This document shows, in pieces, positions 25,791 through 34,648 of a DNA stretch of 39,343 nt (its first letter is position 1; each line of letters starts with the position of its first letter). The notes beneath the pieces were generated by a model. The model did not search any database. It saw only the letters and a list, made by a program, of their open reading frames with translations, and was not told where the DNA came from. The translations under genes and the position numbers were made by a program. The DNA is from a virus (taxonomy: Duplodnaviria; Caudoviricetes). The stretch is taken from the IMG/VR virus record IMGVR_UViG_3300016265_000323, positions 1 through 39,343 of that record; one strand, 5' to 3'.

Positions 25791-26810
25791 TTAGAATAGT
25801 GTGATTTGTTTTTCGTCAACGAATCTGGAATTAACTTCGGCTAGGTTTTTAATAGCTTGTTTGTAGTAGCTATCTTTTAATTCAATACCTATTGCCTTAC
25901 GTCCCATTGATACGGGGCTGTAAACCTCAGAGCCAACACCCATGAAAGGCGTTAATACTGTTTCGTCTGGGTTTGAATACAGTTCAACGATACGATCAAT
26001 TACATCTAACTGTAACGGGTGTACGTGCTTTTCGTCGTCTTCCTCTTTTGAATCGCGGAACGGCAACACGTTATCAATTCGGATATCATCCCATACTGAA
26101 GACGCGTAACGCTGCCAGATGTAATGCGATAGCTTATTGCTTTTAGGGTCTGTGTGATCTTCAAATTTTGTTTTGAGATAGTTCCAAAGTTGCGCCTCGT
26201 TTAAGTCGCTGTTGTTTGCATTATTCCAAGCGCGTAAAATGTTAGGCAGAATCGGAACTTCACCTGCGTAATGTTTCAATCCGTATGGATGCGTAACAGG
26301 TACTTGATTCTCTCCTTTCTTTGTAAATATCAGAACGTAATCAGGCATAGCAGTAAAGCACTTTGTAGAATCTTCAACGATAAATTTGTGCATGAGGCTC
26401 TGAACCATTGTACGCATACGAACTTTCAAAGGCTCTTTCCAGATTGTAATTCTGTTGCGGTATTCGAATCCGTACTTTTCGTGCAATTTAATTACCTCAT
26501 GCGGAAAATCCCAAAGGCGACACGTATTATCAAATACATCTGTTACGTGTACTGCATTTATTCTACCTGCTTTTGTAACCCTTGCAAGTTCCTTGATAAG
26601 AAATTCGTACTGATCTAAAAATTGCTCTTTAGTTTCGCAGTTGCTGAAATCGTGTTCACTTGATGAATAGTTGTATAACCCTGCAAACGGAGGCGAATAA
26701 ACTGCCAGATCAATAGATTCATCTGGTAATTGTGGTAGCACTAACATACAATCTGAATTGTAAAGTGCGTAGCGGTCTGTAATAACCTGATCTTTCACGG
26801 TGTTTTCCAT
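25791..26810 (-). CDS. DNA methyltransferase, N4C/N6A family, beta class
   Basis: Catalytic SPPF near the N-terminus, then H..P, and SAM-binding PFMGVGSE...GIEL near the C-terminus. Confidence 0.9.
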   Translation of the reverse strand: MENTVKDQVITDRYALYNSDCMLVLPQLPDESIDLAVYSPPFAGLYNYSSSEHDFSNCETKEQFLDQYEFLIKELARVTKAGRINAVHVTDVFDNTCRLWDFPHEVIKLHEKYGFEYRNRITIWKEPLKVRMRTMVQSLMHKFIVEDSTKCFTAMPDYVLIFTKKGENQVPVTHPYGLKHYAGEVPILPNILRAWNNANNSDLNEAQLWNYLKTKFEDHTDPKSNKLSHYIWQRYASSVWDDIRIDNVLPFRDSKEEDDEKHVHPLQLDVIDRIVELYSNPDETVLTPFMGVGSEVYSPVSMGRKAIGIELKDSYYKQAIKNLAEVNSRFVDEKQITLF

Positions 26811-26813
26811 AGC

Positions 26814-28181
26814 TTAAATAAAGTTTGGTTTGATGATTGATTTGTTGAACTCTTTTGTTTTATTTATGAATGACTTGTTTACGTTTTCTGTAAGGTTGCG
26901 GTGTAGTTCGATTGCCTTTTGCGTTTTCTGTTCAAGTGCTTCGATAACCCTTGTTTGTCCATCTGAAATTACAAGGTCTATCGTTACATCATTCTTTTGA
27001 CCGAAACGCCAAAAGCGTCTTATAGCCTGATAGTATTGTTCATACGACCATGTCGGAAAAAATACAGAGTGATTGCAATGTTGCCAGTTCAATCCCATTG
27101 ATGTCATTTTCGCTTTGGTGATCAATCGCTTTATTTCACCTTTTGCAAATGACATTAGTATTTCCTCTTTCTTATCTATTGATTGACTTCCGATAATTTC
27201 AACCGCTTCTGAATCGCTGTGTTTTAAAATGTCGCTTTCGTTGTTTGTATTGCACCAATATACAGAAGTTTTACCAGATGCAAGTTCAACGGCTTTTTCA
27301 CAGCGTTTTTCTTCCGTTTGTTTTTGCTCATGTCGTACCTCTGTCATTGATTTTGCAATCGGAGTGAACATGGTAATTTGCCCATTAACGTCTATAAGCG
27401 ATTGATTTTCTACGATGTGCCTATTGATAATCAACTTAGGCAACGCGTAACGCTCATTTGAAAATCCAATGTCGCTAGGCATCTTAACCATGATAGACCA
27501 TTGGTTAACCCATGCAAAAAAATCTTTCTCCGCGTGTGGTTTCAAATAAAACTTTTCGCCAATGTTTCGGTTCGTACTGTCAACGCTGTTCTGATTGTTT
27601 TTAAAAAACTTAGTCAGCATATCCATATAGCCCATGTAACCCAATGCCTCAGAACTAGTACCTAATTCAATAAAGTCATTTGGTGAAGGTGTTGCAGTTG
27701 AAAGGTAACGGTACGGAATCTTTTTTACAAATGACGTAACCTGACTTTTGATCTTACCGTCAAAGTTTTTCAATATCGAACTTTCATCCAATATCACACC
27801 TACAAAATCATGTTCACTAAAATAGTGCAATCGCTCATAATTGCAGATCACAATCTTTTTAGTAAACTTCCCGTCCTTGCTGTATTCAATGTCATCAATA
27901 CCTAACTTTTCCGCTTCAATCATAAACTGAAACGCAACAGCCAAAGGAGTTAGAATCAATACGTTTTTGTTCGTGTGTCTTACGATGTTATTCGCAATAG
28001 ACAACTGAATAAGCGTCTTACCTAATCCAGTATCGGCAAATACAGCCATACGACCTTTATTGACCGCCTTTTCGATAATGTACTTCTGAAAGTCAAACGC
28101 CATATCTGGTATGTAGTTTGGCTCAAATCCAAACTGACCGATTAGGTGTCGTTTGCTCTGTAAAAATTCCTGATAGTCCAT
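26814..28181 (-). CDS. SF2 (SNF2-like) helicase
   Basis: DTGLGKT, LDESS, TATP, GLNWQ and QAIRRFWRFGQ; start revised to MDYQEF. Confidence 0.9.
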   Translation of the reverse strand: MDYQEFLQSKRHLIGQFGFEPNYIPDMAFDFQKYIIEKAVNKGRMAVFADTGLGKTLIQLSIANNIVRHTNKNVLILTPLAVAFQFMIEAEKLGIDDIEYSKDGKFTKKIVICNYERLHYFSEHDFVGVILDESSILKNFDGKIKSQVTSFVKKIPYRYLSTATPSPNDFIELGTSSEALGYMGYMDMLTKFFKNNQNSVDSTNRNIGEKFYLKPHAEKDFFAWVNQWSIMVKMPSDIGFSNERYALPKLIINRHIVENQSLIDVNGQITMFTPIAKSMTEVRHEQKQTEEKRCEKAVELASGKTSVYWCNTNNESDILKHSDSEAVEIIGSQSIDKKEEILMSFAKGEIKRLITKAKMTSMGLNWQHCNHSVFFPTWSYEQYYQAIRRFWRFGQKNDVTIDLVISDGQTRVIEALEQKTQKAIELHRNLTENVNKSFINKTKEFNKSIIKPNFI

Positions 28182-28183
28182 AA

Positions 28184-28350
28184 TAAATAAGCCCTTCAGA
28201 GGTGAGTGTCGTACCGTGTTACGCAATCCTCAGATTGTTTCACACCACCCACCCGTGAAGGGCGATAAAGTTTGTGTTTATCCTCTGGGTACGAATCAGA
28301 GATGAAGTAAAGAACGGTGTAAAGGTATTACTATTTTTGAATTGTCCAAA
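28184..28350 (-). promoter_or_regulatory. Promoter and structured 5' leader of the helicase/methylase operon
   Basis: TTTG-N19-TACCTTTA (28350-28320); 18-bp stem 28191-28208/28246-28263; complementary heptamers at 28209-28215 and 28288-28294. Confidence 0.6.
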
Positions 28351-28412
28351 TAAATCGTGGCGGGTTTTCTCCGATGTCTAGTTAAATCGAAGCACCTCAC
28401 GCCCCACGATTG

Positions 28413-28685
28413 TTACTTTTCTAGTTGCTTCAGAAGTTTGCGACCCTCTTCACGCCAGAGCGAATCAATGAAATAAGCGTGATAGATTTCACCGTATTTG
28501 TCCTTGCGTCTTTCTGTGTGAATCTGAAAAATACGATCCTGATCTAATAACAACTTTCTCAGGTCGTAAATCCGCGCCCCTAGTCGCGTTGTGTCGTATC
28601 GCTTCGCGTAATCTAACGCTGTAATCTTCTTACCTGCGCACATCTCACGGAGCGCGGTTAGCATGATTGTCTTTCTGCGGTTCAT
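28413..28685 (-). CDS. Winged helix-turn-helix protein (HTH_39-like)
   Basis: GKKITALD...RLGARIYDLRK motif. Confidence 0.75.
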   Translation of the reverse strand: MNRRKTIMLTALREMCAGKKITALDYAKRYDTTRLGARIYDLRKLLLDQDRIFQIHTERRKDKYGEIYHAYFIDSLWREEGRKLLKQLEK

Positions 28686-28698
28686 CGGATGCGGTATA

Positions 28699-28875
28699 TT
28701 AAATCCATACTTCGTTTGATAATTTAATAGCGAGTAGAATCTTTTCCTGATTCCTGTATAGAATTTCTAATTTGTTTTCTATTACGCTATATTCACAATG
28801 TGTAGACCCTCTTACTTTTTCAAGTTTTATTTCGTCTAATGTGATCGGCTGCTGTTTCTTTGTTTTCTTTTTCAT
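28699..28875 (-). CDS. Small hypothetical protein (58 aa, not in the ORF track)
   Basis: MKKKTKKQQPITLDEIKL...EVWI; ATGA overlap with the exonuclease stop; fills the gap. Confidence 0.55.
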   Translation of the reverse strand: MKKKTKKQQPITLDEIKLEKVRGSTHCEYSVIENKLEILYRNQEKILLAIKLSNEVWI

Positions 28876-29507
28876 CGGTTTAGTTTGTTTAGGATTTCGT
28901 TTTTAAGTTTGTCTGCTATCTTCACGCGCTCGATCAGGAATTTACAGTCTTCTTCGGACGGGGTGAATGTAAAACAAAAGTATCGGTATTTTTTACTCAG
29001 TCGTGGGTCAAAGCTAACAAAGTCCACGAACTCCGCGTCAGGGGTGCATATGAATTCTGCAATCGTCTGCCAGTAGTATTTAGGAAAGTTCGCTTTGAAG
29101 TATTCCACACTATCAATCATCATGTGCTTAATGTGGTTAGTGCCTTCGTATGGGCATTTAACTTCCAATACTCCGTGCTTCCCGTTGCGGTAAACCTTTC
29201 GGTCAGGTGTTGCGCCTAAGCAATCTAACTCAGCGTGAATCTGAAAGCCTATTTCCTCCGTCATTGACTTACTTCTGATCTCGTGCAATCGTACTGCCAC
29301 AGGCTCGTATTCATGTCCGTGACGTGTCGCATCATTCTCGAATGACTTAGGTTTCATCTCAGGCGGTGTCAGAGCCTCGCAAATGACCTCATAGATGTAT
29401 GTCTCACCCGTTGCGCCCAAACCCTTCGGCTTGCACAATGATTCGATCTGAGAGCCTGTAAAGCGTCCGTGACGCAACGGGGAAAGGTTGTTATTCTGCT
29501 GCTGCAT
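28872..29507 (-). CDS. YqaJ / lambda-exonuclease family recombination nuclease
   Basis: R.GRFTGS, HGHEYEP, GATPD, LEVKCP, YYWQ and FVSFDPR; adjacent to the annealing protein gene. Confidence 0.9.
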   Translation of the reverse strand: MQQQNNNLSPLRHGRFTGSQIESLCKPKGLGATGETYIYEVICEALTPPEMKPKSFENDATRHGHEYEPVAVRLHEIRSKSMTEEIGFQIHAELDCLGATPDRKVYRNGKHGVLEVKCPYEGTNHIKHMMIDSVEYFKANFPKYYWQTIAEFICTPDAEFVDFVSFDPRLSKKYRYFCFTFTPSEEDCKFLIERVKIADKLKNEILNKLNR

Positions 29508-30117
29508 TTTCCTCAGCCTCTTCGTTAAGAATATCAACTGCCAACGGTGCGGAAGATACTTCCGTGTAATTCACGTCCTCAATCTCTTCCTTCGTATAAA
29601 TACCCATTGACACTTCAGGCGCAAATTGACGCGCAAAGAATGTTGCAGCGCGGTAACGCATCATCAACTGTGGCATTGTCTTCCACTTGCTGCCTGACTT
29701 TGTACTCCACCCTTCCGATGCTGCCATGTTCATCGACACCCAAACGCCTTCACATTTCTCACCTGTTTCTTTGTCCGTTGCTACGGCTCTGCAACGTCCT
29801 CCATCTTCTTTGTCTTCTTCGTAACGTAGCGGAGAAAATTTACCCGATGCGTTGATCGTTGCCACTAGGAACTGTGAACTCCATGCAGGTTTCCCGTGAA
29901 CAACATAAAGGTTCTGCATTACCATTAACGGGTCAGCCCCGATGCGTCCTGCCATGTTCAGGGCAATGATACAGTTTTCGATTTTCCCTTTGAACTGAGC
30001 GGGAACTAGGTCAGACGTTGATAGCATCTTTGCTACGCGTTGCGCGTGTTCAAATGATTCTTTGTTCAAAAAAACGTTGTCGCTTACTGTTGCGACTGCT
30101 TGCGTTGTGTTCTCCAT
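29491..30117 (-). CDS. RecT/Red-beta-like single-strand annealing protein
   Basis: LVP..F.GK..NC, YVVHGKP, WKTMPQLMMRYRA and GIYTKEE; paired with YqaJ. Confidence 0.8.
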   Translation of the reverse strand: MENTTQAVATVSDNVFLNKESFEHAQRVAKMLSTSDLVPAQFKGKIENCIIALNMAGRIGADPLMVMQNLYVVHGKPAWSSQFLVATINASGKFSPLRYEEDKEDGGRCRAVATDKETGEKCEGVWVSMNMAASEGWSTKSGSKWKTMPQLMMRYRAATFFARQFAPEVSMGIYTKEEIEDVNYTEVSSAPLAVDILNEEAEENAAAE

Positions 30118-30124
30118 GATTGTT

Positions 30125-30265
30125 TTAGTTTTCAAGATCAGTATTAATCTTAGTGTAGATTGATTTTAGGTCGTCATTCATTGAATACCCTAGTAAGATG
30201 CGGACTGCAAACATAATAAGTCTTAGCGCGATCTTTTCTTTCGTTGTTGGTTTTTGTTCGATCAT
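30125..30265 (-). CDS. Small hypothetical protein (46 aa, not in the ORF track)
   Basis: MIEQKPTTKEKIALRLIMFAVRILLGYSMNDDLKSIYTKINTDLEN; A-rich leader; fills the gap. Confidence 0.55.
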   Translation of the reverse strand: MIEQKPTTKEKIALRLIMFAVRILLGYSMNDDLKSIYTKINTDLEN

Positions 30266-30276
30266 AGTTTTTTGGT

Positions 30277-30456
30277 TTAGTTATTGTTAATATAGTTATT
30301 CACTTCAGACTTATTATTAAAATACATACACTCAATAGGATTGTCGTTTGAATCCCACTCAATTCTTATCCCAAATGAATCTATTGGATATAAAACCCAT
30401 TGTTTTTGGATATTGTCGTAAAAATACTCATATCCGTTTTTTATGTATGACTTCAT
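30277..30456 (-). CDS. Hypothetical early protein
   Basis: Start revised to ATG 30456 (MKSYIK), downstream of the promoter. Confidence 0.7.
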   Translation of the reverse strand: MKSYIKNGYEYFYDNIQKQWVLYPIDSFGIRIEWDSNDNPIECMYFNNKSEVNNYINNN

Positions 30457-30476
30457 AGTTCGTTTGATTTGATATG

Positions 30477-30508
30477 CAAATGTAACACGGGTAATACTAA
30501 CTTCCAAA
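30477..30508 (-). promoter_or_regulatory. Leftward early promoter
   Basis: TTTG-N20-TACATTTG; ACGGGTAATAC (30487-30497) lies in the spacer. Confidence 0.8.
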
Positions 30509-30573
30509 TTTATTTTCTAGATAAACTTTAACAGCCTGAAAATCAAAGCAAAAAAGATTTTAACAAAAAAATA

Positions 30574-30605
30574 TTTGCGTGGTACGGGTATTACATATAG
30601 TTTTG
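30574..30605 (+). promoter_or_regulatory. Rightward promoter
   Basis: TTTG-N20-TAGTTTTG; ACGGGTATTAC (30584-30594) lies in the spacer. Confidence 0.8.
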
Positions 30606-30622
30606 CAGAAAATCATTAAACC

Positions 30623-30790
30623 ATGTCAAACAAGAAGAAGAAACTCAAAGACCCGACGCGTCGATCAATCAATCTAGGTGTGAACCGATCTGGGCTAATC
30701 GACACCGCAATCAAAAACACAACACAAACCTATCACGGATATATGCTCTCGGCAATAGACGAAAAACTCAAACGCGATAAAATTAAGTAA
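30623..30790 (+). CDS. Putative ribbon-helix-helix (Arc/CopG-like) regulator (55 aa, not in the ORF track)
   Basis: MSNKKKKLKDPTRRSINLGVNRSGLIDTAIKNTTQTYHGYMLSAIDEKLKRDKIK: a beta strand (RRSINL) then two helices ending AIDEKL. Confidence 0.6.
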   Translation: MSNKKKKLKDPTRRSINLGVNRSGLIDTAIKNTTQTYHGYMLSAIDEKLKRDKIK

Positions 30791-30791
30791 C

Positions 30792-31064
30792 ATGGCTTAT
30801 TACGAAGGAATTGTATTAATACAATGCGACCTGTCTTTTGACGAAGGAATGGAATCGAACCCGTTCGAACTCGACTTCGAATGCAGCCTCGACTGCGACG
30901 AATCAACACACGGTTCAGACCCGTCGAACGGTGGCGAAGAGTTCACGATAACTTACCTGCCAGACGGAAACGCCCCTGCATGGCTCTCAGACGTAATAAT
31001 CGAAATGGCGAAGGTCAAAGCGCAGGATTACTTCATGAATAACCTGAATAAGTATCGTTGTTAA
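30792..31064 (+). CDS. Acidic hypothetical protein
   Basis: 90 aa, D/E-rich. Confidence 0.65.
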   Translation: MAYYEGIVLIQCDLSFDEGMESNPFELDFECSLDCDESTHGSDPSNGGEEFTITYLPDGNAPAWLSDVIIEMAKVKAQDYFMNNLNKYRC

Positions 31065-31369
31065 TGACCTATAAATTCTTTACCGACACCTGCCGATCAT
31101 TTGACATCGAAACGCCCGAAGCGGAGTATAAATTTCACGAAACCCGTAAATGGAGATTCGACTACGCCTTTCCGCGTTTTAAGGTTGCTATTGAAGTGGA
31201 GGGAGGCGTGTGGACTGGAGGAAGGCACACACGCGGATCGGGCTTTGTGAAGGACATGGAGAAGTATAACGAGGCGGCAAAACTCGGATGGAGAATTTTA
31301 CGCTTCACACCGTCCGACTTGGCAAAAACAAGTACATTTGAAACAATTAAACAAACCTTATACAAATGA
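31064..31369 (+). CDS. PD-(D/E)XK endonuclease (DUF559/Vsr-like; possible resolvase)
   Basis: EYKFH..RKWRFDYA...AIEVEGG...GRH...DMEKYN.A...GW. Confidence 0.8.
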   Translation: MTYKFFTDTCRSFDIETPEAEYKFHETRKWRFDYAFPRFKVAIEVEGGVWTGGRHTRGSGFVKDMEKYNEAAKLGWRILRFTPSDLAKTSTFETIKQTLYK

Positions 31370-31719
31370 ACATCATCGAACTATCCCTCACATCACCGCA
31401 CGGGAATTATTCCTGCGACACCTATACTTTAATTGGTTATGATATAACTAGAGAAGTATATGAGTTTCATGGAATAAATTCAGTTTCAGGTAATTCTATT
31501 GAATTAGCATTTGCCTGTCAAGATAACCCTATTCAGAGTAACTCAATTATGGCTATTATTGACGCATACTTCGTATTAAACGATATTGCGTACAATATCC
31601 GCTTAACTGGCACTCCTGCGATCAAGATCGGGGTAAACGAATACGTGGTAACATACGAAGACTGCCGACTGCCGTTCGACGGGTCAACCGCTAAGATCGT
31701 TTGCAGATGGTCGGAATAA
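31366..31719 (+). CDS. Hypothetical protein
   Basis: 117 aa with ATGA coupling to the previous gene. Confidence 0.65.
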   Translation: MNIIELSLTSPHGNYSCDTYTLIGYDITREVYEFHGINSVSGNSIELAFACQDNPIQSNSIMAIIDAYFVLNDIAYNIRLTGTPAIKIGVNEYVVTYEDCRLPFDGSTAKIVCRWSE

Positions 31720-31779
31720 TTGTTAATAACTAAATATTAAACATTTTAACAGGTTAAAGCCTTTCTGTATTATTGCCGT

Positions 31780-31974
31780 ATGGAAGAGATTAAACCAAAG
31801 ACAGCAGAATCAAAGTACGGGTTTGAACGGTTAAGTGTTGGCGAATCGGTGGAGATCGATAAGTCAGCGAAGAAGATCAGACCGCTACTCAGTTACTTTA
31901 TGAAGCGGACGGATGTTAAATATACTACTAAGGCAAATGGTAGTGATAAGTGTGTTGTGGTTAGAATTGCATGA
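31780..31974 (+). CDS. Small basic hypothetical protein (possibly DNA-binding)
   Basis: KYGFERLSVGES motif; coupled to the sigma-like gene. Confidence 0.6.
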   Translation: MEEIKPKTAESKYGFERLSVGESVEIDKSAKKIRPLLSYFMKRTDVKYTTKANGSDKCVVVRIA

Positions 31975-32522
31975 CACGTAATGAGATAGCATTGCAGGTA
32001 TTCAATTCGCCTCTGATAAAGAAAGAGGTTAAATTTCATGGCGGTAAAAATGCCGATGAGTTAATGCAGCTACTCATGTTAAAGGTTTTGGAAACTTCGG
32101 ATAGTAAGTTATCGGAGTTGGTTGAGGCGAACAAGGTTATCGAATGGTTTTGGGTTGTGATGCGTAACATGGCTGTGAATCCGCGATCTGAGTTTAACAA
32201 GATCGTTAGTAGTTGTGGAGATTCATTTGATAATGATTTCAACATCACCGATGAAACGGCTGTGCCGAATTACTTAGACTATCCTGAGTTTCCAGACTTC
32301 ATTGAGTTTTGTAAAAAAAAACAGCAGTCCGAAAACAACTATATCAGGTTATGCGCGGACACTATCGTTACGTACTTTACCTTAACTGATTGGAGAAATA
32401 ACACCTTTAAGCAGTTCAGCAAGGACACGGGTATTAACCACACGTCGATAAGTGTTTACTTCAACGAAATGAAAAGACAATTTAAAAGCAGCTATGAAAG
32501 TAGGGTTGATTTTAAACAATAA
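31971..32522 (+). CDS. Phage sigma70/ECF-like transcription factor
   Basis: Region 2-like ADELMQLLMLKV...WFWVVMRN and region 4-like HTH FKQFSKDTGINHTSISVYFNEMK; 183 aa. Confidence 0.65.
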   Translation: MTRNEIALQVFNSPLIKKEVKFHGGKNADELMQLLMLKVLETSDSKLSELVEANKVIEWFWVVMRNMAVNPRSEFNKIVSSCGDSFDNDFNITDETAVPNYLDYPEFPDFIEFCKKKQQSENNYIRLCADTIVTYFTLTDWRNNTFKQFSKDTGINHTSISVYFNEMKRQFKSSYESRVDFKQ

Positions 32523-33675
32523 GACAAAGCCTGAGCCGATTAACGGGATGGACTTATACCGCCTGTGCTTTGCTTACTTCGGTGTGCAGAGTGAGGATAT
32601 TGAAGTACATCTGATATCAGAGGATGAATTTGACCTAAGTGAAGAACTGATATACGATGTGTACGTGATCAACCGTAGCCGTGAACTATTCAGGGCGCAA
32701 CGGGTTAAGAAGGGCGGAAAGAAGTTGATCATTGACATTGACGATTACTGGGTATTGCCATCGTGGCATCCTATGAACGTGCGACAACTGAACAAGGCTA
32801 TTGAGGCGGCAGAGGCACACCCGATCAAACGTCGAGATACTGAAGCGATCAACAACTCAAAGCGCATCAGAAACATTGAGGTTAACGCGCAATCGAATAT
32901 TATCGAATCAATGCGTATCGCTGATCACGTTACCTGCTCTGTGCCACAACTGGCGGAGCGGATTAAACAGTACAATCCGAATGTGACTGTAATTAAAAAC
33001 ACGATACCATCACGGGCGAATAGATACACCCCAGACAAGCAGAAGTCACGTTTCCTTCGCTTTGGTTGGCTCGGTGGCACTTTCCATCGTCGGGACGTTG
33101 CGTTGATGTATGACGGGATTGTAATGCTTCACAGAGATAAAGCCGAACAATGGAAGTATCAGTTCCTTTCGTCGTTCAACGCGCATTCGGAGTATATCGA
33201 GATCGAAAAGATGTTCACTAACGGTTACAGATGCTTGACACCTGAGTACCGTAAGCACCTGTTAACCTACAAGCCGTTCGCATCGCATCTTGGATTGCAG
33301 GAAACATATCGCAGGGTATGGGGTGTTAACGTGTCGGAGTATGGAAGTCTATACGAAGAGGTTGATGTGTCGCTGATACCGTTACAACATGGCACGTTCA
33401 CATCTATGAAATCTGAGTTGAAGATGGTAGAGGCAGGGACGACAGGATGCGCGGCTATTGTGTCGGACGTGTTGCCGTATAGTCCTTACCTGAAGCACGG
33501 AGTAAACTGTTTGAAGACTAACGGTAATCACGGATGGTACACGGCATTTAAGCGTATGTTGAACGAACCTAACCTAGTCGCTGACTTGCGTGAAGGGTTA
33601 CGAGAAACTATACAGACTGAATTTAACAACGAAGTGGAATCGAACAAACTAAAACAAATACTCAAACAGCTATGA
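32494..33675 (+). CDS. Glycosyltransferase, GT-B fold (GT4-like)
   Basis: DIDD, ADHVTCS, GWLGG..H..D, DVSLIPL...KSELKMVEAG and SDVLPY. Confidence 0.85.
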   Translation: MKVGLILNNKTKPEPINGMDLYRLCFAYFGVQSEDIEVHLISEDEFDLSEELIYDVYVINRSRELFRAQRVKKGGKKLIIDIDDYWVLPSWHPMNVRQLNKAIEAAEAHPIKRRDTEAINNSKRIRNIEVNAQSNIIESMRIADHVTCSVPQLAERIKQYNPNVTVIKNTIPSRANRYTPDKQKSRFLRFGWLGGTFHRRDVALMYDGIVMLHRDKAEQWKYQFLSSFNAHSEYIEIEKMFTNGYRCLTPEYRKHLLTYKPFASHLGLQETYRRVWGVNVSEYGSLYEEVDVSLIPLQHGTFTSMKSELKMVEAGTTGCAAIVSDVLPYSPYLKHGVNCLKTNGNHGWYTAFKRMLNEPNLVADLREGLRETIQTEFNNEVESNKLKQILKQL

Positions 33676-34001
33676 AAATCCGCAAATCAAAAATTCACAA
33701 GCCGTTTACCAAAAAACAAATTGGCAAAAGATTGATGTTTTTTAGAGCCGCGAAAGCATCTGAAATCCCGATCTTAGAACATTATTACACTTCTTCAGGA
33801 TGCTTTAGTTTTCCTCACATAAAGAAAGATTACGGAGTGTTGATGTATGTAATCAAGACAACAAAGCACGCTAAGCACGATAAAAAAATCAGTACATCAA
33901 GTGAATATGAATATCATTTCAGATTGAAAAATGGAGGATGGGAAAAGAGTAACAGTTACTTTATGAATAACGGGATAAATAAAAACGGATTGGTAAAATG
34001 A
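33672..34001 (+). CDS. Basic hypothetical protein
   Basis: 109 aa, AT-rich, coupled on both sides. Confidence 0.6.
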   Translation: MKIRKSKIHKPFTKKQIGKRLMFFRAAKASEIPILEHYYTSSGCFSFPHIKKDYGVLMYVIKTTKHAKHDKKISTSSEYEYHFRLKNGGWEKSNSYFMNNGINKNGLVK

Positions 34002-34648
34002 TCGGCATCGGCATCACAACAACGGACGCGCGTCCTTATCACAAGAAGTACTGGGAAACGCTAGTAAAAGAATCTTCGCTGACGGACGGCATGAAGGTCG
34101 TATTCGTTCACAACGCGCCATCAGTAGCGGAAGGAAAAAACGATTGCCTCCGTCAACTGAAAGACTGTGACGATATATTCCTATTCGACGACGACACATA
34201 CCCGATCACTAACGGATGGGCTGAGTGGTTCATCCAACACGCGAAGACATCGGGCAACAATCACTTTGCCTATTTGCGTCAGGTTCACCAGATCAGACGC
34301 ATGAAGTTAGAACACGGCATCGGGTTTTATAACAACTCGGCAGGGTGCATGATGTACCTGAATAAGACGGTACTAGATAAGGTCGGAGCGTTCGATACAA
34401 AGTATAAGCGTTACGGATTTGAACACGTAAACTACTCTGAGCGTTGTTATCGTGCAGGGTTGACGCAAGCGCGTAACGTGTGTCCTATTAACGCTGATGA
34501 CTACGTTGTATCACTTGACATGGACGCGTGGTATGAGGTTGACTTTGTCCACTACTCCACGTTATCGGCTGACGAAATGGAGAAATCCGTTAACGACAAT
34601 TACCTGATCTTTCAACACGATACATTTGATACTTATTTGCCTTTATGA
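33998..34648 (+). CDS. Glycosyltransferase, GT-A (GT2-like)
   Basis: IGITT, FLFDDD and VGAFD...YGFEH. Confidence 0.8.
   Translation: MIGIGITTTDARPYHKKYWETLVKESSLTDGMKVVFVHNAPSVAEGKNDCLRQLKDCDDIFLFDDDTYPITNGWAEWFIQHAKTSGNNHFAYLRQVHQIRRMKLEHGIGFYNNSAGCMMYLNKTVLDKVGAFDTKYKRYGFEHVNYSERCYRAGLTQARNVCPINADDYVVSLDMDAWYEVDFVHYSTLSADEMEKSVNDNYLIFQHDTFDTYLPL

Noticed and set aside
28353-28411. Long imperfect hairpin after the HTH gene as an ncRNA
   Set aside because: Only the outer AATCGTGG/CCACGATT pairing is clear; it may simply be a terminator, and support is insufficient.
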